Source of the DNA: Candidatus Woesearchaeota archaeon
GTDB taxonomy: Archaea > Nanobdellota > Nanobdellia > Woesearchaeales > GW2011-AR15
Direction of reading: 5' to 3'
Length of the DNA stretch: 64,000 nt
Assembly (NCBI GenBank): GCA_016935095.1
Contig: JAFGRO010000029.1
Coordinates: forward strand, 7,313 to 71,312
The notes beneath the pieces were generated by a model that worked only from the letters and a program-made list of their open reading frames with translations, was not told where the DNA came from and made no database searches. How positions within the stretch are numbered: position 1 is the stretch's first letter; each line of letters starts with the position of its first letter. The position numbers and the translations under genes were made by a program. Shown piece by piece: positions 1 through 9,890 of the stretch.

Positions 1-5
1 TTTAC

Positions 6-1682
6 ATGACAATCTATATGAGAGTCAACCCTATACTGGAGAACGCAATGTATTTTGCATCCGAGCACCTGAACGGCCCTCTTGGCAAAGATTTAAAACA
101 ATGTCTATGGCTTGTTGATAATGAAAAGGTAGGTTCTTTAGAGGATTCTATACAATATTTTATTCCTTTATGGATTAAAAGGAACAAGGATTTTGTTAAA
201 TCTATTTTAATACTGCACTCAGCACTAGAGCAGCCAAGCAAAGAAGACCAGGCAAGGATACTTGACAAATCACTGGATATGATTCTTGATTCCACATATG
301 AAAAAATGAAGCATTATGCCCATGACTTACAGACTCCTGTCACGATATTACATACTTTCGGCATGATGCTTCCTCTAATCGGCCTGATTGCATTTCCAAT
401 GCTAAGCGTATTTATGTTCCAGTCAATAAAAATCTCCCATCTGTTTTTTGGTTATATTATAATAATGCCGATGCTGTTGCTCTTTTTTACAAGAAGGATT
501 ATTGCCAAGCGCCCGGGTGCTTTTTCTTATCCGGACATTACTCATAACCCGTATGTTCCTCCAGATGGCACGTATCGCTTTAAGATAAAAGACAAGAGTT
601 ATTTACTCCCTGCGCTAACTGTAGCTTTATTAATAGGGTTCCTTGTAATTGTTCCAGGGGTATATCATGTTGTGTTTTATACTGCCCCTGCAATGATTGA
701 AAACCAAAAAAAACTGATGACAGGAAGCAAACAAATCCCGAAGAACCTTGAAAATGAATATGAGTTAACAAGCATATTAATGACTCTCACAATACCCCTG
801 GGAATAGGTCTTGCAATTGCATTGTATTTCTATCTCAAAAGCATACAAAAACTAAAGATAAGGAATGAAGTTATTGAAATTGAAGATGATTTAGGGGGAG
901 CATTATTCCAGTTTTCCAACCAGTTTACTGAAAGAATACCAATTGAAGAAGCTGTCCAGAACTTTGTAAATGAGTATAATCTTTTAAACCTTAAACAAAG
1001 GAGCATCTTTCAGTTTTTTTCAAGTGTGCTGGACAGGATGCAACAGGAAGGTGTAACATTTTACCAGTCAATTTTCCAGCCAAAACTGGGAATAATTATC
1101 AGGTATCCCTCTATTTTATTAAAAGAGATTACATGGATTATAAGCGAAGGCGCTAAAAAGGGTTCTTCCATATTATACAATATTCTTATTAAAATATCAA
1201 CTTATCTTGACAATACAAAAAAAATCAAAGAATTAATTTATGACCTGCTGACTGAGACTGTAGCATCTGTCAATACGCAGGCAAAAATATTAAGCCCTTT
1301 TATTGCAGCAATAGTCGGCTCTTTGACAGCAGTTATCATAAGAGCATTATGGATTATGTCACAAAGATTAGAAGAGATTATGAAATCACTGCAGATGGGT
1401 ATGGCGGGTGTCCAGGATTCAACATCTTTTTTCGGAGATTTTGTTGATTTTACAAGAATTGTGCCTCCAACTGTTTTCCAGATTTTAGTCGGTATTTACA
1501 TGGTTGAAACAGTTGTGTTGTTGTCCTTATTGGCTAACGGCGTTGAAAACGGGTTTGATAAAGTCTCTAGAGATGTAACTATTGCAAGGAACATGTTTAT
1601 AGCGATTACTGTTTATACAATTGTAACGATTATAGGCTCATATGCTTTAAATTCATTAATCCAGACAGGAACAGCATTGTAA
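6..1682 (+). CDS. Polytopic membrane protein, ~7 TM segments in two blocks separated by a ~150-aa soluble region; possibly TadC/FlaJ/PilC-like (T2SS-F) platform protein; 5' end may extend beyond window
   Basis: Hydrophobic segments FGMMLPLIGLIAFPMLSVFMF, LFFGYIIIMPMLLLFF, LLPALTVALLIGFLVIVPGVY, ILMTLTIPLGIGLAIALYFYL, SPFIAAIVGSLTAVIIRALWIM, VFQILVGIYMVETVVLLSLL, MFIAITVYTIVTIIGSYAL; ORF reaches window edge with no upstream stop. Confidence 0.3.
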   Translation: MTIYMRVNPILENAMYFASEHLNGPLGKDLKQCLWLVDNEKVGSLEDSIQYFIPLWIKRNKDFVKSILILHSALEQPSKEDQARILDKSLDMILDSTYEKMKHYAHDLQTPVTILHTFGMMLPLIGLIAFPMLSVFMFQSIKISHLFFGYIIIMPMLLLFFTRRIIAKRPGAFSYPDITHNPYVPPDGTYRFKIKDKSYLLPALTVALLIGFLVIVPGVYHVVFYTAPAMIENQKKLMTGSKQIPKNLENEYELTSILMTLTIPLGIGLAIALYFYLKSIQKLKIRNEVIEIEDDLGGALFQFSNQFTERIPIEEAVQNFVNEYNLLNLKQRSIFQFFSSVLDRMQQEGVTFYQSIFQPKLGIIIRYPSILLKEITWIISEGAKKGSSILYNILIKISTYLDNTKKIKELIYDLLTETVASVNTQAKILSPFIAAIVGSLTAVIIRALWIMSQRLEEIMKSLQMGMAGVQDSTSFFGDFVDFTRIVPPTVFQILVGIYMVETVVLLSLLANGVENGFDKVSRDVTIARNMFIAITVYTIVTIIGSYALNSLIQTGTAL

Positions 1683-1684
1683 AG

Positions 1685-2041
1685 ATGGAAAATATATTTT
1701 TCAAATACGGGATTGTACTGGTGGGCGTGGTTGTAATCATGCTGTTAATCAGCTTTGCATTCTCAGCTTTAGATAACACTGTTAAAATCCCTGAAAAAGA
1801 AGCTGAGAAGATTTCAGGTGAAAAACAAAGTGTAATCATCGAAATAGAAAAACTATGCGATAACTGCGTAAAAGAAAAAATTAACCAGGACTGCTATATT
1901 AAAGAAATTGAAACTGATTCAGAAATAATACAAAATGATTTCAGTGAGGGTGTTGCGCTTCCTGAAAACTTATCCCGGGGAAAAAATATTATAAAGGTAA
2001 AATCAGAGGATAATGTTTGCAAAGTTATTAAGATGGAGTAA
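1685..2041 (+). CDS. Small N-terminally membrane-anchored protein, translationally coupled to upstream membrane protein
   Basis: Starts 3 nt after the upstream stop; N-terminal hydrophobic stretch GIVLVGVVVIMLLISFAF. Confidence 0.3.
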   Translation: MENIFFKYGIVLVGVVVIMLLISFAFSALDNTVKIPEKEAEKISGEKQSVIIEIEKLCDNCVKEKINQDCYIKEIETDSEIIQNDFSEGVALPENLSRGKNIIKVKSEDNVCKVIKME

Positions 2042-2835
2042 ATTATTCTGAACTTTTTTTATTAAATTAATTAAAAAGAAAAGAATATTTAAATTTCAGG
2101 ATTAGTTTTGTTATTCTGTATCAGTGGAATGAGAATGGTTTGTAAATCCGATGGTTTTTAGATATCAGGGGTTTTCTAATTTAAAGAAAAGGGGAGTTCC
2201 GCATACTATTGTATCTGAATGGCTTTCTACTTATCTATATTTTGAATCCAATCTGTCTTTCATATGAATTCAAAAGTTCACATTTGGCTGCTGACCAAAG
2301 GCCAAAAACATTTGCTCCCTTTTCTTCCATAAGAATATATATGCTTACAGTAGTCATCTCTTCAACATCTAATTTTGAATAAGTTTTATCTATGGATTTG
2401 CTTTTCACTTTATTACCTTTTTCAGTTTGCTTTTGATGAAACATGTTTTTGTCAAATTTGTTTTTTTAATCACTTGTTTTTAAGCCATATTTTTAATTTA
2501 TAATTCAGATTTCCAAAAATTGCTTTTATTAGATCAATAAAAGATACAAAAAACTCAGAGGCCAGGATAAAAAAGTCTTTCTTATTAGTCTTAGGACAAG
2601 TATAATCTATCCTACCATAATAGTTAGCTGATGACATTTTTAATCACTTTTTAACTCCAATTAGTATTATCAATATCTTTCTGTGTATGATGGATTATCA
2701 TAATTATGCTTTTTATTCCTTCCATACATATAAGATATCTTTATCCTAGTCTAAGTTAGTCAGACCAGCATAAAAAATTCCAAAATACTGGGTTTCTCAT
2801 CAGATGTTTTCTGATGTTTTTGAAAATTGTTTTTT

Positions 2836-3219
2836 TCATTTTTTTACACTGATTATTAACATATTCTCCTTGATTGTTGTTGAGAGGTTCTCTAGTTTAA
2901 TAGGAGTATCTAATTTAATGAATATTGTTTTCTTATTTGATTGCACAAGTATATATTTCATTGTAGGGATAATTTTCAGATTCTCTATTGATATTTCGGA
3001 TAAAGGTATCCTGAATACAAATCCTTCACTAGTTTCAGTAGTTTCTGTTGAATTTGTGTACTCAAATTTTTTTCGATGGGAAGACCAATTCCTTTCATAG
3101 TCATTACCCCTATAATTTCCGGTTTTATGGAAGTCTCTCTTATAATTACTCATCCTCCCTTCTTCAAATAGTGATTCTGCTCCGTTCATTTTTCTCCCTT
3201 TTGATATTAGATAATTCAT
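2836..3219 (-). CDS. Hypothetical protein, low-complexity R/N/Y-rich N-terminus
   Basis: ORF only; no recognisable motif. Confidence 0.2.
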   Translation of the reverse strand: MNYLISKGRKMNGAESLFEEGRMSNYKRDFHKTGNYRGNDYERNWSSHRKKFEYTNSTETTETSEGFVFRIPLSEISIENLKIIPTMKYILVQSNKKTIFIKLDTPIKLENLSTTIKENMLIISVKK

Positions 3220-3590
3220 TGTTGAGACCTATAGTTGATTATAAGTGAAAATCAGCCAATTATTTGGGCTGATGCTGTGAAAAACACAGCTGATACAGAT
3301 TATGCATCCCACTCCCTATAAAATACAATTCTATACGCATTACTTTTTGTATATGTCATCTCTATCAACTCCTTTAATTTCCTACACTTGTGGTTTTTTG
3401 CAGTAAGGACAGGTAATTATAAGCCCCATAACAACAAAATTATTTTTGATATTCTTTCCGCAAAACCTGCATTTTGTTATTATATCCTTATCTTCTTCCA
3501 CAATATAATTAAGACTCAGAACTATATAAGTGTGTTATAGTTGGTTACAAGATAATATTTCTAAACACTTGTAGAATACGCAAATAGCTT

Positions 3591-4157
3591 CTAAAATAAT
3601 TTTTCAAATGAGTATTCCTTTTCACTAATTGATTCGTACAACAGGCTTAAAGGGTCAAGTGTAATAATATTCTCAACAGAGAAATTGTATGACCATTTTA
3701 TTTCCATCTGGTCAATAAATAGGGTCTCCAATTTTTTCAGAAACCTGTCTTTTTGATGGATGTCCCTAAATCCAAGCGTAATCATATAAGTTATATCATA
3801 GCCAGTTATTCTATAAGCGTGAAACACATATGGAATTTTTTTAAGTTGTGATGCAATATCAGACTCCTTCTTTGTCTTCCAGACAATTGGATTGAGTTTT
3901 ACACCTAATACCTGAATGAGATTAATTCCTATTTTCTTAAAATTAATATTTGGATAGTATCCTTCAATTATTCCTAGATCTTCAAGTTTCCTTCTTATAC
4001 GAAAGACACCTTGTTGAGAAATATTCATAGATTTTGCCATTTCTGTATCTGCTATTCTTCCTTCTAGAATTATCTTCATAAGAACTTTCTTTTCGTTGTT
4101 AGTAAGTTTTAATTTTTTATTGTTTGCAGATTTTTTCATGTTTGAAAAGAGATTCAA
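3591..4157 (-). CDS. Lrp/AsnC-family transcriptional regulator (HTH + RAM-like C-terminal domain)
   Basis: N-terminal HTH NEKKVLMKIILEGRIADTEMAKSMNISQQGVFRIRRKLEDLGII followed by ~100-aa C-terminal domain, typical Lrp architecture. Confidence 0.55.
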   Translation of the reverse strand: MNLFSNMKKSANNKKLKLTNNEKKVLMKIILEGRIADTEMAKSMNISQQGVFRIRRKLEDLGIIEGYYPNINFKKIGINLIQVLGVKLNPIVWKTKKESDIASQLKKIPYVFHAYRITGYDITYMITLGFRDIHQKDRFLKKLETLFIDQMEIKWSYNFSVENIITLDPLSLLYESISEKEYSFEKLF

Positions 4158-4340
4158 TTTTGTTTTGGTATTATATTCTTTTTTAATAGTTATTCATGTC
4201 CCTCTAAAAAGTGATAAGTGAGTTAAGGTTATAAATGTTCTTAAAAAAGTAATTTCAAAATTAAATAGAAGCCCATTAATTTATTGTATCAATATGTTTC
4301 TCTCAAACTCTGCTCTGAACTCCCCCTTTATTCTTTTTAT

Positions 4341-4715
4341 TCATATAATTTTTCTGCACTTCTTGCTTTTGCAGTTGCATTTCATTTTAAGTTGAGGCGG
4401 TGAGTTTATTGAATAGTCTGTGGTAAGCTCTTCTCCCTTTTTAATATCCCTAATAGCTATATCGCAGAGGTTACCTTCTTTTGTGTTTGGCTCACAAGAA
4501 TGATTCAAATACTTTTCAGGATATTGTGCCATAATGTATTTACCCTTAAAAAATACCAGATATTTTTTATATCTTGCCGGGATTTTTTTAGCCTCTTTTT
4601 CAGTTAAAATCATTGAAGCATCCCATTTCATGACAATATCTCCTTTCTTAAAATCCTTATCTGCAAAAACTCCCCTGCCCTGTATCTTTGAATCCTTGAC
4701 AATTACAGAAGACAT
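4341..4715 (-). CDS. SET-domain protein (putative lysine methyltransferase) with post-SET Cys cluster
   Basis: GRGVFA...KKGDIV, NHSCEPN, ELTTDY, C-terminal CNCKSKKCR: the canonical SET motifs. Confidence 0.65.
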   Translation of the reverse strand: MSSVIVKDSKIQGRGVFADKDFKKGDIVMKWDASMILTEKEAKKIPARYKKYLVFFKGKYIMAQYPEKYLNHSCEPNTKEGNLCDIAIRDIKKGEELTTDYSINSPPQLKMKCNCKSKKCRKII

Positions 4716-5025
4716 ATATAGAAAGGATATTGCCTACTTAATCAATTTATTGGTTTAGCGGTGACATGTATCAATAAATGTTAGGTTTGTTATAAACAAT
4801 GTTGCGGAAAAAAAGAGGGAAGATAAAAAAATGCAAAAAATTGATAAAAGTTATCCCGAAAAGAGCAATAAAAACGAAAAAAATAAATATTTTATAATCA
4901 CAGAGAAAGATAATAAATTTATCAATTCCTTTAGTTCTTCTTTGCTAATTTACGCTATAGTTGAAGTTTCAAGTAGGGTTTTTAAAAAGAAAAATATTTG
5001 AATAAGGATAATTTAGAATTATAGT

Positions 5026-5457
5026 ATGAGTAAAGTTAAAATTGGAAAAAGGAACGAGTTTGTTATGTGGGCTTTATTATTACAAAATGGAATAGATGTA
5101 TATCCCTCTTTGGTTGATGATAAGGGAATAGATGGTATAGTTGGGTATAATGGAAAGCTTTTTGAAGTACAAATAAAATCTGCAGAAAATTGGTATAATC
5201 ATCGAGGAATTGCGTATGAAACCTGCAAACAAAATCCAGATAGAATTTTTATTATTTATAACTATTCAAAAAAAGAACTTAGGTTTGTGACTGGAAAGCA
5301 AATCATTAAGGAACCTGAGTGGCAGAAAACAATTAGATATCAAATTTCTCAATTGAAATGGAATAAAAAAATGCTAGATAAATATAAAGATCAGGATTTG
5401 AAAGGATTGATTTCATATATAAAGGATCCTAAATCTCCCATATTCTGCTCAAGATAA
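5026..5457 (+). CDS. Hypothetical protein, possible PD-(D/E)xK nuclease-like core
   Basis: GIDGIVGYNGKLFEVQIKS resembles D...E.K restriction-endonuclease-fold motif; weak. Confidence 0.25.
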   Translation: MSKVKIGKRNEFVMWALLLQNGIDVYPSLVDDKGIDGIVGYNGKLFEVQIKSAENWYNHRGIAYETCKQNPDRIFIIYNYSKKELRFVTGKQIIKEPEWQKTIRYQISQLKWNKKMLDKYKDQDLKGLISYIKDPKSPIFCSR

Positions 5458-5596
5458 TCTAAAAAATCATTGTAATTAAAGCCAAGTTCATCATTCAATT
5501 CATTAATCCATTCCTGCTGGGCTTTAATATGCTCCTTGACTGTAGGGTTATCTATTAAACCTCATCCTAACACATACTCATCTCTTAGTTTGCTTG

Positions 5597-6286
5597 ATTT
5601 CAATCCTTCTTAAGTTCTATTAAAACTGCTTTGATTGCAGCATTGATGAAAAAAAGGATCTTATTTCAATCCTTCTTAAGTTCTATTAAAACATCTCCCT
5701 CAAGCCTTATTATCTCTGGCTTTCCAACATTTCAATCCTTCTTAAGTTCTATTAAAACAAAACAGACAATATTGCAGCCTGTGAATTCAAATATATTTCA
5801 ATCCTTCTTAAGTTCTATTAAAACGCCTTCCTTTATCTCAGGAGGCGTGCTGCAATCGTAAATTTCAATCCTTCTTAAGTTCTATTAAAACCATATGCCT
5901 GGCATCATGCCCTTAGGTAAGAGGTATATTTCAATCCTTCTTAAGTTCTATTAAAACTAAAACCCGACGGAGGATTGATTAGAATGTTTGGCAATTTCAA
6001 TCCTTCTTAAGTTCTATTAAAACAGTCCCTGAATGCAGCGACAACATCAAGATATGGCTATTTCAATCCTTCTTAAGTTCTATTAAAACTTCAGATATTA
6101 TAACGGAATAAAGGGAAATGCACTAATTTCAATCCTTCTTAAGTTCTATTAAAACGTTCATATATAAGCAGAGTATATGCTGATAAATTCATTTCAATCC
6201 TTCTTAAGTTCTATTAAAACTTCTTTGCATTGTATAAAGGTTCAATAGACTTTAACATTTCAATCCTTCTTAAGTTCTATTAAAAC
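5597..6286 (-). CRISPR. CRISPR array, 11 repeats of 30 bp, 10 spacers of 35-37 bp; crRNA-strand repeat GTTTTAATAGAACTTAAGAAGGATTGAAAT
   Basis: Exact copies of atttcaatccttcttaagttctattaaaac at 5597, 5663, 5729, 5795, 5862, 5928, 5994, 6060, 6126, 6191, 6257; reverse-strand repeat ends ATTGAAAT, the usual I-A/I-B 5'-handle source; adjacent cas genes on the minus strand. Confidence 0.95.
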
Positions 6287-6389
6287 CCGCTCATTTGAGC
6301 ATATTTTAGCTAAAAGAAAGCATATTTTTATTATTTTCCTTATTTGCCCAATCATTGAAAGCTTGTTTATTTATAAGGTCTGGGCAACA
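6287..6389 (-). promoter_or_regulatory. Putative CRISPR leader (AT-rich, between cas2 stop and first repeat)
   Basis: AT-rich 103 bp catattttagctaaaagaaagcatatttttattattttcc... adjacent to repeat at 6257-6286 and to cas2; orientation consistent with minus-strand transcription. Confidence 0.4.
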
Positions 6390-6662
6390 TCACACAATAT
6401 TTGTAACTGGGCTTCTTTCAGTTCCTATTGTTTCTTTATCAAAAGAATATTTATTCCTGAATTTAAAAATCAATATAGAATCATTGTCTTTGTCTATCAT
6501 AGACTTAAGGCTTTTTTTGACTTTTACATAATCAGAATTAGAAAGTTCTCCTTCAAAAACAGAATTCTGTATCCAATTCATATATTGTTTCAGGAATTTA
6601 TTGATTTTGCTAACTTTGCATACATCAACATCATAGACTATAAGACAATACATTACCACCAC
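6390..6662 (-). CDS. cas2: CRISPR-associated endoribonuclease Cas2
   Basis: 90 aa, MVVMYCLIVYDVDV... typical Cas2 N-terminus; overlaps cas1 stop. Confidence 0.85.
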   Translation of the reverse strand: MVVMYCLIVYDVDVCKVSKINKFLKQYMNWIQNSVFEGELSNSDYVKVKKSLKSMIDKDNDSILIFKFRNKYSFDKETIGTERSPVTNIV

Positions 6663-7645
6663 ATCCTGAATGCTTCATACTGCTTTTCGCCAAGAAGGTG
6701 CTTTATCAGCTTATAACATTCAATCCTTATCAATCTTCTGTGCGAAACACGTCTTTTTAATTCAGGATGCTCTATTGTGAGCCTTAACCTGTTGTCAAAT
6801 TCCTTTATTACAAGTCTTCTTCCATTTTCATTGAGCAGGCAGCCCTTAAGTTCTTTCCTGAAATGATGCCCTTTTATCTCTTTTTTATTTACCAGCTTTA
6901 GGATTGCTCTCTGTACAATCAGCGGCTTAAACATCTCACTGAGATCAAGGGCTAATGAAAATCGCCGTTCAAACGGCTCATGAAGGTAGCTTATTGTTGG
7001 GTTGAGTTGTGTATGATAGATTTCACTTAGTACTGATGTATAAAGCATTGAGTTAAGAAAGCTAATCAAACAGTTTATCTCATTTTCAGGCGGCCTTTTT
7101 GTTCTTTTATCAAATTCAAAATCATTGGTGACTATTTCCCTGAATGTTTTGTAATATTCCTGCCAAGCCATCCCTTCAAGGTTCATTATCTCCACTATAG
7201 TATTTATGTTATCCAGCCTTAATGCGAATTTTTCGATTTTCTCCATAGTTTCTTTAACATTTTTGGAATGCTTCCTGTAATGCTCAAGCAGCCTTACAAG
7301 ATTGAAAAGAGAGGCCTTGATGAACTGTTTTGCAATAAATGTTCTTTTTTCATTGTCTATATAGTACTTTACCTGATTAACCAAAAGCGAGCCTGAAACA
7401 AGGCTTTCTTTTGGATAGAAAGAGCCTGTATAGTAGCCATAATAGTTGAAGAAGTGAATTATTATGCCTTGTTTGGATAGGTAAGTCAGCAGTTTAGTGT
7501 TTATTGTAGTTTCTCCCATGCAGTATAATGTATCAATGTTATTTATTGGAAGAGCCTTTTTTTCTTTCTCGTTCTCAAACCAGACAGTATTGTTTTTCCT
7601 TTTCAATGTTCCTGACTGGTTTATGTAAAAGCTTTGGCGTTGCAT
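6653..7645 (-). CDS. cas1: CRISPR-associated integrase Cas1
   Basis: 330 aa; position between cas4 and cas2; Cas1-like sequence. Confidence 0.85.
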   Translation of the reverse strand: MQRQSFYINQSGTLKRKNNTVWFENEKEKKALPINNIDTLYCMGETTINTKLLTYLSKQGIIIHFFNYYGYYTGSFYPKESLVSGSLLVNQVKYYIDNEKRTFIAKQFIKASLFNLVRLLEHYRKHSKNVKETMEKIEKFALRLDNINTIVEIMNLEGMAWQEYYKTFREIVTNDFEFDKRTKRPPENEINCLISFLNSMLYTSVLSEIYHTQLNPTISYLHEPFERRFSLALDLSEMFKPLIVQRAILKLVNKKEIKGHHFRKELKGCLLNENGRRLVIKEFDNRLRLTIEHPELKRRVSHRRLIRIECYKLIKHLLGEKQYEAFRMWW

Positions 7646-7658
7646 TTTGTCTCATAAC

Positions 7659-8129
7659 TTATGAAAAGCACAACTCATAATAGCTGCAATTCTTGCAGTA
7701 TCTTATCCTTTTTGCTTCCGGAGGCTTGTCTTCTCTGCAAAGCAATTCTATGTTTTTTAATACCTCTAAAAGCTCTTTCTCAAGTTCTTCTGACAGCATC
7801 ACTTCCTGAAGCCTGTTGTTTTCCTTGTATTTGATTATGCCTGTTGTATTTGTGCCATGATTCTTAAGCACATAAAGATAATATAATACCTGGAATTCTG
7901 CTGCCTTAGGAGCTGTGTTTTTCTTCTTAAGCTCAAACACCTTGCCATCCCTTAGAGCATCTATCTTTATATTGTCTATCTCTATTTTTTCCTTATCGTA
8001 ATCCTCATGGTAAATCTTTCCTATCTTAACAAAATCAGATTCATGCTCGCACTTAATATTGTGGGAAAAAAGCCACAGCTTTCTTTTGCATGTGAAGTAA
8101 TAATTGATGTGAGTGGCGGTTGGGTTCAT
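7659..8129 (-). CDS. cas4: Cas4 (RecB-like nuclease with C-terminal 4-Cys cluster)
   Basis: N-terminal YYFTCKRKLWLF (CxR-type motif), C-terminal CKNCSYYELC; 156 aa. Confidence 0.8.
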   Translation of the reverse strand: MNPTATHINYYFTCKRKLWLFSHNIKCEHESDFVKIGKIYHEDYDKEKIEIDNIKIDALRDGKVFELKKKNTAPKAAEFQVLYYLYVLKNHGTNTTGIIKYKENNRLQEVMLSEELEKELLEVLKNIELLCREDKPPEAKRIRYCKNCSYYELCFS

Positions 8130-8788
8130 TTGGATTCAAAGTCGCCTTTCTCAAGATCATTGAAATACTCTTCCCTGAGCTTGTTTATTTCGTTCATTAT
8201 AGGAATAACGAGGTTTCTGTTCTCAAGAAGGTCTAGCCTTTCGCCGATATAGGTAATCCATACTCTCTGCTCAGATGTTCTGATTTGGCTTTTAATTTCT
8301 GCAAGCATTACATCCCAATCAATACCTTTTTCTGCCAATAGCAAGCAATCATCAATATCTCCTGGCCTTTCTGTAAATGTCTTGAACATAAAAATGTCTG
8401 TTGTTGAGCATAATGAAATTGAAAGATTCTTCAGTGTCCTTATTGTTTCTGCCCTTTTCATCATGCTCTTTGAGAGAATGAATCCCTTGCAGACAGTTCT
8501 TTGAAAAAGATCAATCCTATAGTCATTTCTTATAAACATCTGATTAAGGTCAATTTTCTTGTATTCTGTAGTTGGTATTTTTGATTCAAAGCCAATATTT
8601 TTTAGAAGTTTTTCCACTGTCCTGAATTCATCAGTAGAATCAACTACAATATCAACATCTTTGGTTGCAGTCTTCATCCCATGATAGAGCATTACTGCTC
8701 CGCCTATAACATAGAAATGCACTTTTTCCTTCAGAGTTTCATCTATTTCTTTGAAGAGTTTGTCAAGGTCATTAAAGCTTAATATCAT
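8126..8788 (-). CDS. Nucleotidyltransferase-fold protein (AbiEii/MNT-like) embedded in cas operon
   Basis: GGAVMLYHGMKTATKDVDIVV matches G[GS]x9-13DxD NTase signature; overlaps cas4 start by 4 nt and upstream wHTH gene by 17 nt. Confidence 0.45.
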   Translation of the reverse strand: MILSFNDLDKLFKEIDETLKEKVHFYVIGGAVMLYHGMKTATKDVDIVVDSTDEFRTVEKLLKNIGFESKIPTTEYKKIDLNQMFIRNDYRIDLFQRTVCKGFILSKSMMKRAETIRTLKNLSISLCSTTDIFMFKTFTERPGDIDDCLLLAEKGIDWDVMLAEIKSQIRTSEQRVWITYIGERLDLLENRNLVIPIMNEINKLREEYFNDLEKGDFESK

Positions 8789-9710
8789 ACATCTCAGCTC
8801 TGTCCCTTATTTCAGACAATGTCGGATAACCCTCTATTTTGTTATTTTGAATTACTTTATTAATATTGTCCAGTATCTCATGATGGATTTTTGAAAGCTC
8901 TTTTTTATACTTTACATAAAACAATGCAAGAAGGATCAGGTTTTGTATGGTTTTTTCCTTTTCACAGCGGTAAAGAGAGTGGACAAAAACTTCTTTCTTC
9001 GATAGTCTCTTTTTGGGCAGGTAATAGTTATTGTCAACTGGATAAATCTTTATTCCATAAATTCCGTAAGCAGAAAAGCCTGTTAATGCTGCATTATATT
9101 CTGCTTTTGTCGAAAAAACAATCTCCTCTTTGGTTTTGTAATAAATTACTGAACCAGGAGGGATTCTCTTATCATATGCCTTTTCATATTTTTTAAGTTC
9201 TGCAAAAAATTCTTTTAAGCCTTTCCATAACTCCCCGTTGAACAGGTATTTGCCATCAATTGTTTTTATGAAGCTCTTTCTTCTGGCAATCCTTATCTTG
9301 TAGAATATTGTGTTTGGCCTGATGCCTGTAGCCTTAGTTATTTCTTCTATGCTTCTTGGAGTGTCTAATATGTAAAGATAAAGCGTTAAGCCGCAGCCTG
9401 AGATATCATCAATAAAGCTTGATTGCCTGCTTAACTCTCGAAGAAGCAGCTGCACATGCAGTAATTCTGATGGCTCAATTGCCTTGTTTTTCAGGCTAAG
9501 AAAGCCTTTTTGCTCTAAGGATTTGATTATCCTGTATATTTGGCTTTTATCCTTGTTTAGAGCTTGAGCTATTTCTAAGACCTGTTTTTTTCCCAGGGCA
9601 ACCTGCTCAAGCAATTGTAATTCTGTCTTTGAAAAGCGCATAACTTTAATAAAATGCAACTTATTTATAAATATTTGGTATTTTTTTGAAGTGAAATAGT
9701 TTTCTAGCAA
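8772..9710 (-). CDS. Winged-HTH transcriptional regulator (AbiEi-like?), partner of downstream NTase
   Basis: N-terminal HTH TELQLLEQVALGKKQVLEIAQALNKDKSQIYRIIKSLEQKGFL, second HTH-like TPRSIEEITKATGIRPNTIFYKIRI; first gene after the 180-bp gap downstream of cas3. Confidence 0.45.
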   Translation of the reverse strand: MLENYFTSKKYQIFINKLHFIKVMRFSKTELQLLEQVALGKKQVLEIAQALNKDKSQIYRIIKSLEQKGFLSLKNKAIEPSELLHVQLLLRELSRQSSFIDDISGCGLTLYLYILDTPRSIEEITKATGIRPNTIFYKIRIARRKSFIKTIDGKYLFNGELWKGLKEFFAELKKYEKAYDKRIPPGSVIYYKTKEEIVFSTKAEYNAALTGFSAYGIYGIKIYPVDNNYYLPKKRLSKKEVFVHSLYRCEKEKTIQNLILLALFYVKYKKELSKIHHEILDNINKVIQNNKIEGYPTLSEIRDRAEMYDIKL

Positions 9711-9890
9711 AATCTAGAATCAAAATCATCTTCATCTATGTAATTAGAATCAATTTCTTTTGGATTGATTCCTTCTTTAATTGTATAGCCCTTCTTGAGA
9801 AAGAGTATTTTTTCTCTTTCAGGCAGATTTAATTTCCTGGATAACTCTCCATAATCCTGGATTGAGAAAGTGAACTTAACAAAACAGAAT

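Noticed and set aside
2836-3219. Considered Hsp20/alpha-crystallin assignment
   Set aside because: Only a vague C-terminal resemblance (MLIISVKK); N-terminus is low-complexity, no ACD core motifs
5631-5861. 76-aa plus-strand ORF
   Set aside because: Lies entirely inside the CRISPR array; its repetitive translation (FQSFLSSIKT x3) is the repeat being read in frame
8007-8252. 81-aa plus-strand ORF
   Set aside because: Antisense to cas4/NTase genes; no support
8891-9196. 101-aa plus-strand ORF
   Set aside because: Antisense within the wHTH regulator gene
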